DNA of 6,296 bases from Candidatus Fraserbacteria bacterium (GTDB taxonomy: Bacteria > Bipolaricaulota > Bipolaricaulia > RBG-16-55-9 > DRXL01), in contig CAMTVK010000010.1 of assembly GCA_947085185.1 (NCBI GenBank), forward strand, positions 1 to 6,296, given 5' to 3'. Position 1 is the first letter of the stretch. Each line of letters starts with the position of its first letter. Positions 5,580-6,296 of the stretch are shown in pieces. The notes beneath the pieces are model-generated. The model made no database searches and was not told the DNA's origin. It was given only the letters and a program-made list of their open reading frames with translations. Both the position numbers and the translations under genes were made by a program.

Positions 5580-6296
5580 TTAATCTTGTCTCTTCTTCCG
5601 TCTTGGTGACGGTAGGCTCTGGGTCTCTACCACCGGTTGGTAGGAGGCTATGAGCAAGACCTGCGAGCCCGCAGCTTCCATAGCCGATAGATCAATATAG
5701 TAGCCGAACATCACAGGAACTGCTGGAGCTGGCAGCTGCGGCTGCAAGGCTTGCAGCATCTTTTGAAACTGGCTCACCTCACGTGCATAGACGCGCGATT
5801 TCACTTCGCCCACCACCACGATGTTTCGTCGCCCTTGTTTGCCTTCGGCATAGAGGTCCACATCCACCACTTGGCCATCGAGCTGGAAGAGTCGCCGTTC
5901 TAGGCGTTCGACTGCGATCCTATAGCGATAGCGCAGATACCCTGGCAGCACCAGCCGCGCGATGTCTTCCAAACCGTAGCCGATGTTCTCACTAAGAGCA
6001 CCTACTTGAGTAGCGAGCTGTTGCATCGCCTCGGAGAGTTTCGCCATAGAGGCTTCTAGCACTCCTACGCGCTCTTCGGTGCGCGCTTGGGCCTCGGCGA
6101 GTTTGGTGACGGCGACTTCGAGCTGGCTCACGCGCTCTTCGGTGCGCGCTTGAGCCTCGGCGAGTTTGGTGACGGCGACTTCGAGCTGGCTCACGCGCTC
6201 TTCGGTGCGCGCTTGGGCCTCGGCGAGTTTGGTGACGGCGACTTCGAGCTGGCTCACGCGCTCTTCGGTGCGCGCTTGAGCCTCGGCGAGTTTGGT
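5580..6296 (-). CDS. Coiled-coil tandem-repeat protein with a C-terminal PD-(D/E)XK nuclease-like domain (5' end outside the window)
   Basis: The frame is open to the window edge. Repeats of 21 aa (VSQLEVAVTKLAEAQARTEER) are followed by IGYGLED...VDVDLYAEG...VVVGEVKSR, an E...D...ExK arrangement of restriction-endonuclease-like folds. It ends in a basic tail, RRKKR. Confidence 0.75.
   Translation of the reverse strand, partial: TKLAEAQARTEERVSQLEVAVTKLAEAQARTEERVSQLEVAVTKLAEAQARTEERVSQLEVAVTKLAEAQARTEERVGVLEASMAKLSEAMQQLATQVGALSENIGYGLEDIARLVLPGYLRYRYRIAVERLERRLFQLDGQVVDVDLYAEGKQGRRNIVVVGEVKSRVYAREVSQFQKMLQALQPQLPAPAVPVMFGYYIDLSAMEAAGSQVLLIASYQPVVETQSLPSPRRKKRQD
6067..6296. repeat. 63-bp coding tandem repeat, at least 3.65 copies
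   Basis: Units start at 6067, 6130, 6193 and 6256 (partial). They are identical except for one synonymous site (6090 G, 6153 A, 6216 G, 6279 A). Confidence 0.97.

Noticed and set aside
6067..6296. Possible CRISPR array
   Set aside because: The units are contiguous with no unique spacers, are a multiple of 3 in length and lie within an open coiled-coil reading frame.
1077..6296. Prophage, IS or integrated element
   Set aside because: I saw no integrase, transposase, terminal inverted repeats or second copy of the tRNA 3' end in the window.

Overview
This is a bacterial window of moderately high GC; the gene families suggest a thermophile, possibly Bipolaricaulota/Acetothermia, but that is inference only. 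From left to right it holds a secreted parallel beta-helix protein (+), tRNA-Gln(CUG) (-), back-to-back sigma70-type promoters, a probably leaderless yicC-gmk operon (+), a secreted YVTN-type beta-propeller (+) and a bidirectional intrinsic terminator. A two-gene minus-strand cassette and the 3' part of a coiled-coil tandem-repeat protein with a PD-(D/E)XK-like domain (-) follow. The cassette (4220-5558) is the most interesting element. Its first gene reconstructs, across a one-base frameshift, as a ~250-aa twin-arginine (Tat) lipoprotein precursor. That precursor ends in a 49-aa hydrophobic, anionic, six-Cys peptide, an architecture like the halocin C8 precursor. It is coupled to a glycine-rich membrane protein that could provide immunity, and its promoter has a T9 run in the spacer. 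This is a candidate undescribed bacteriocin/toxin-immunity module; the function is inferred, not shown.
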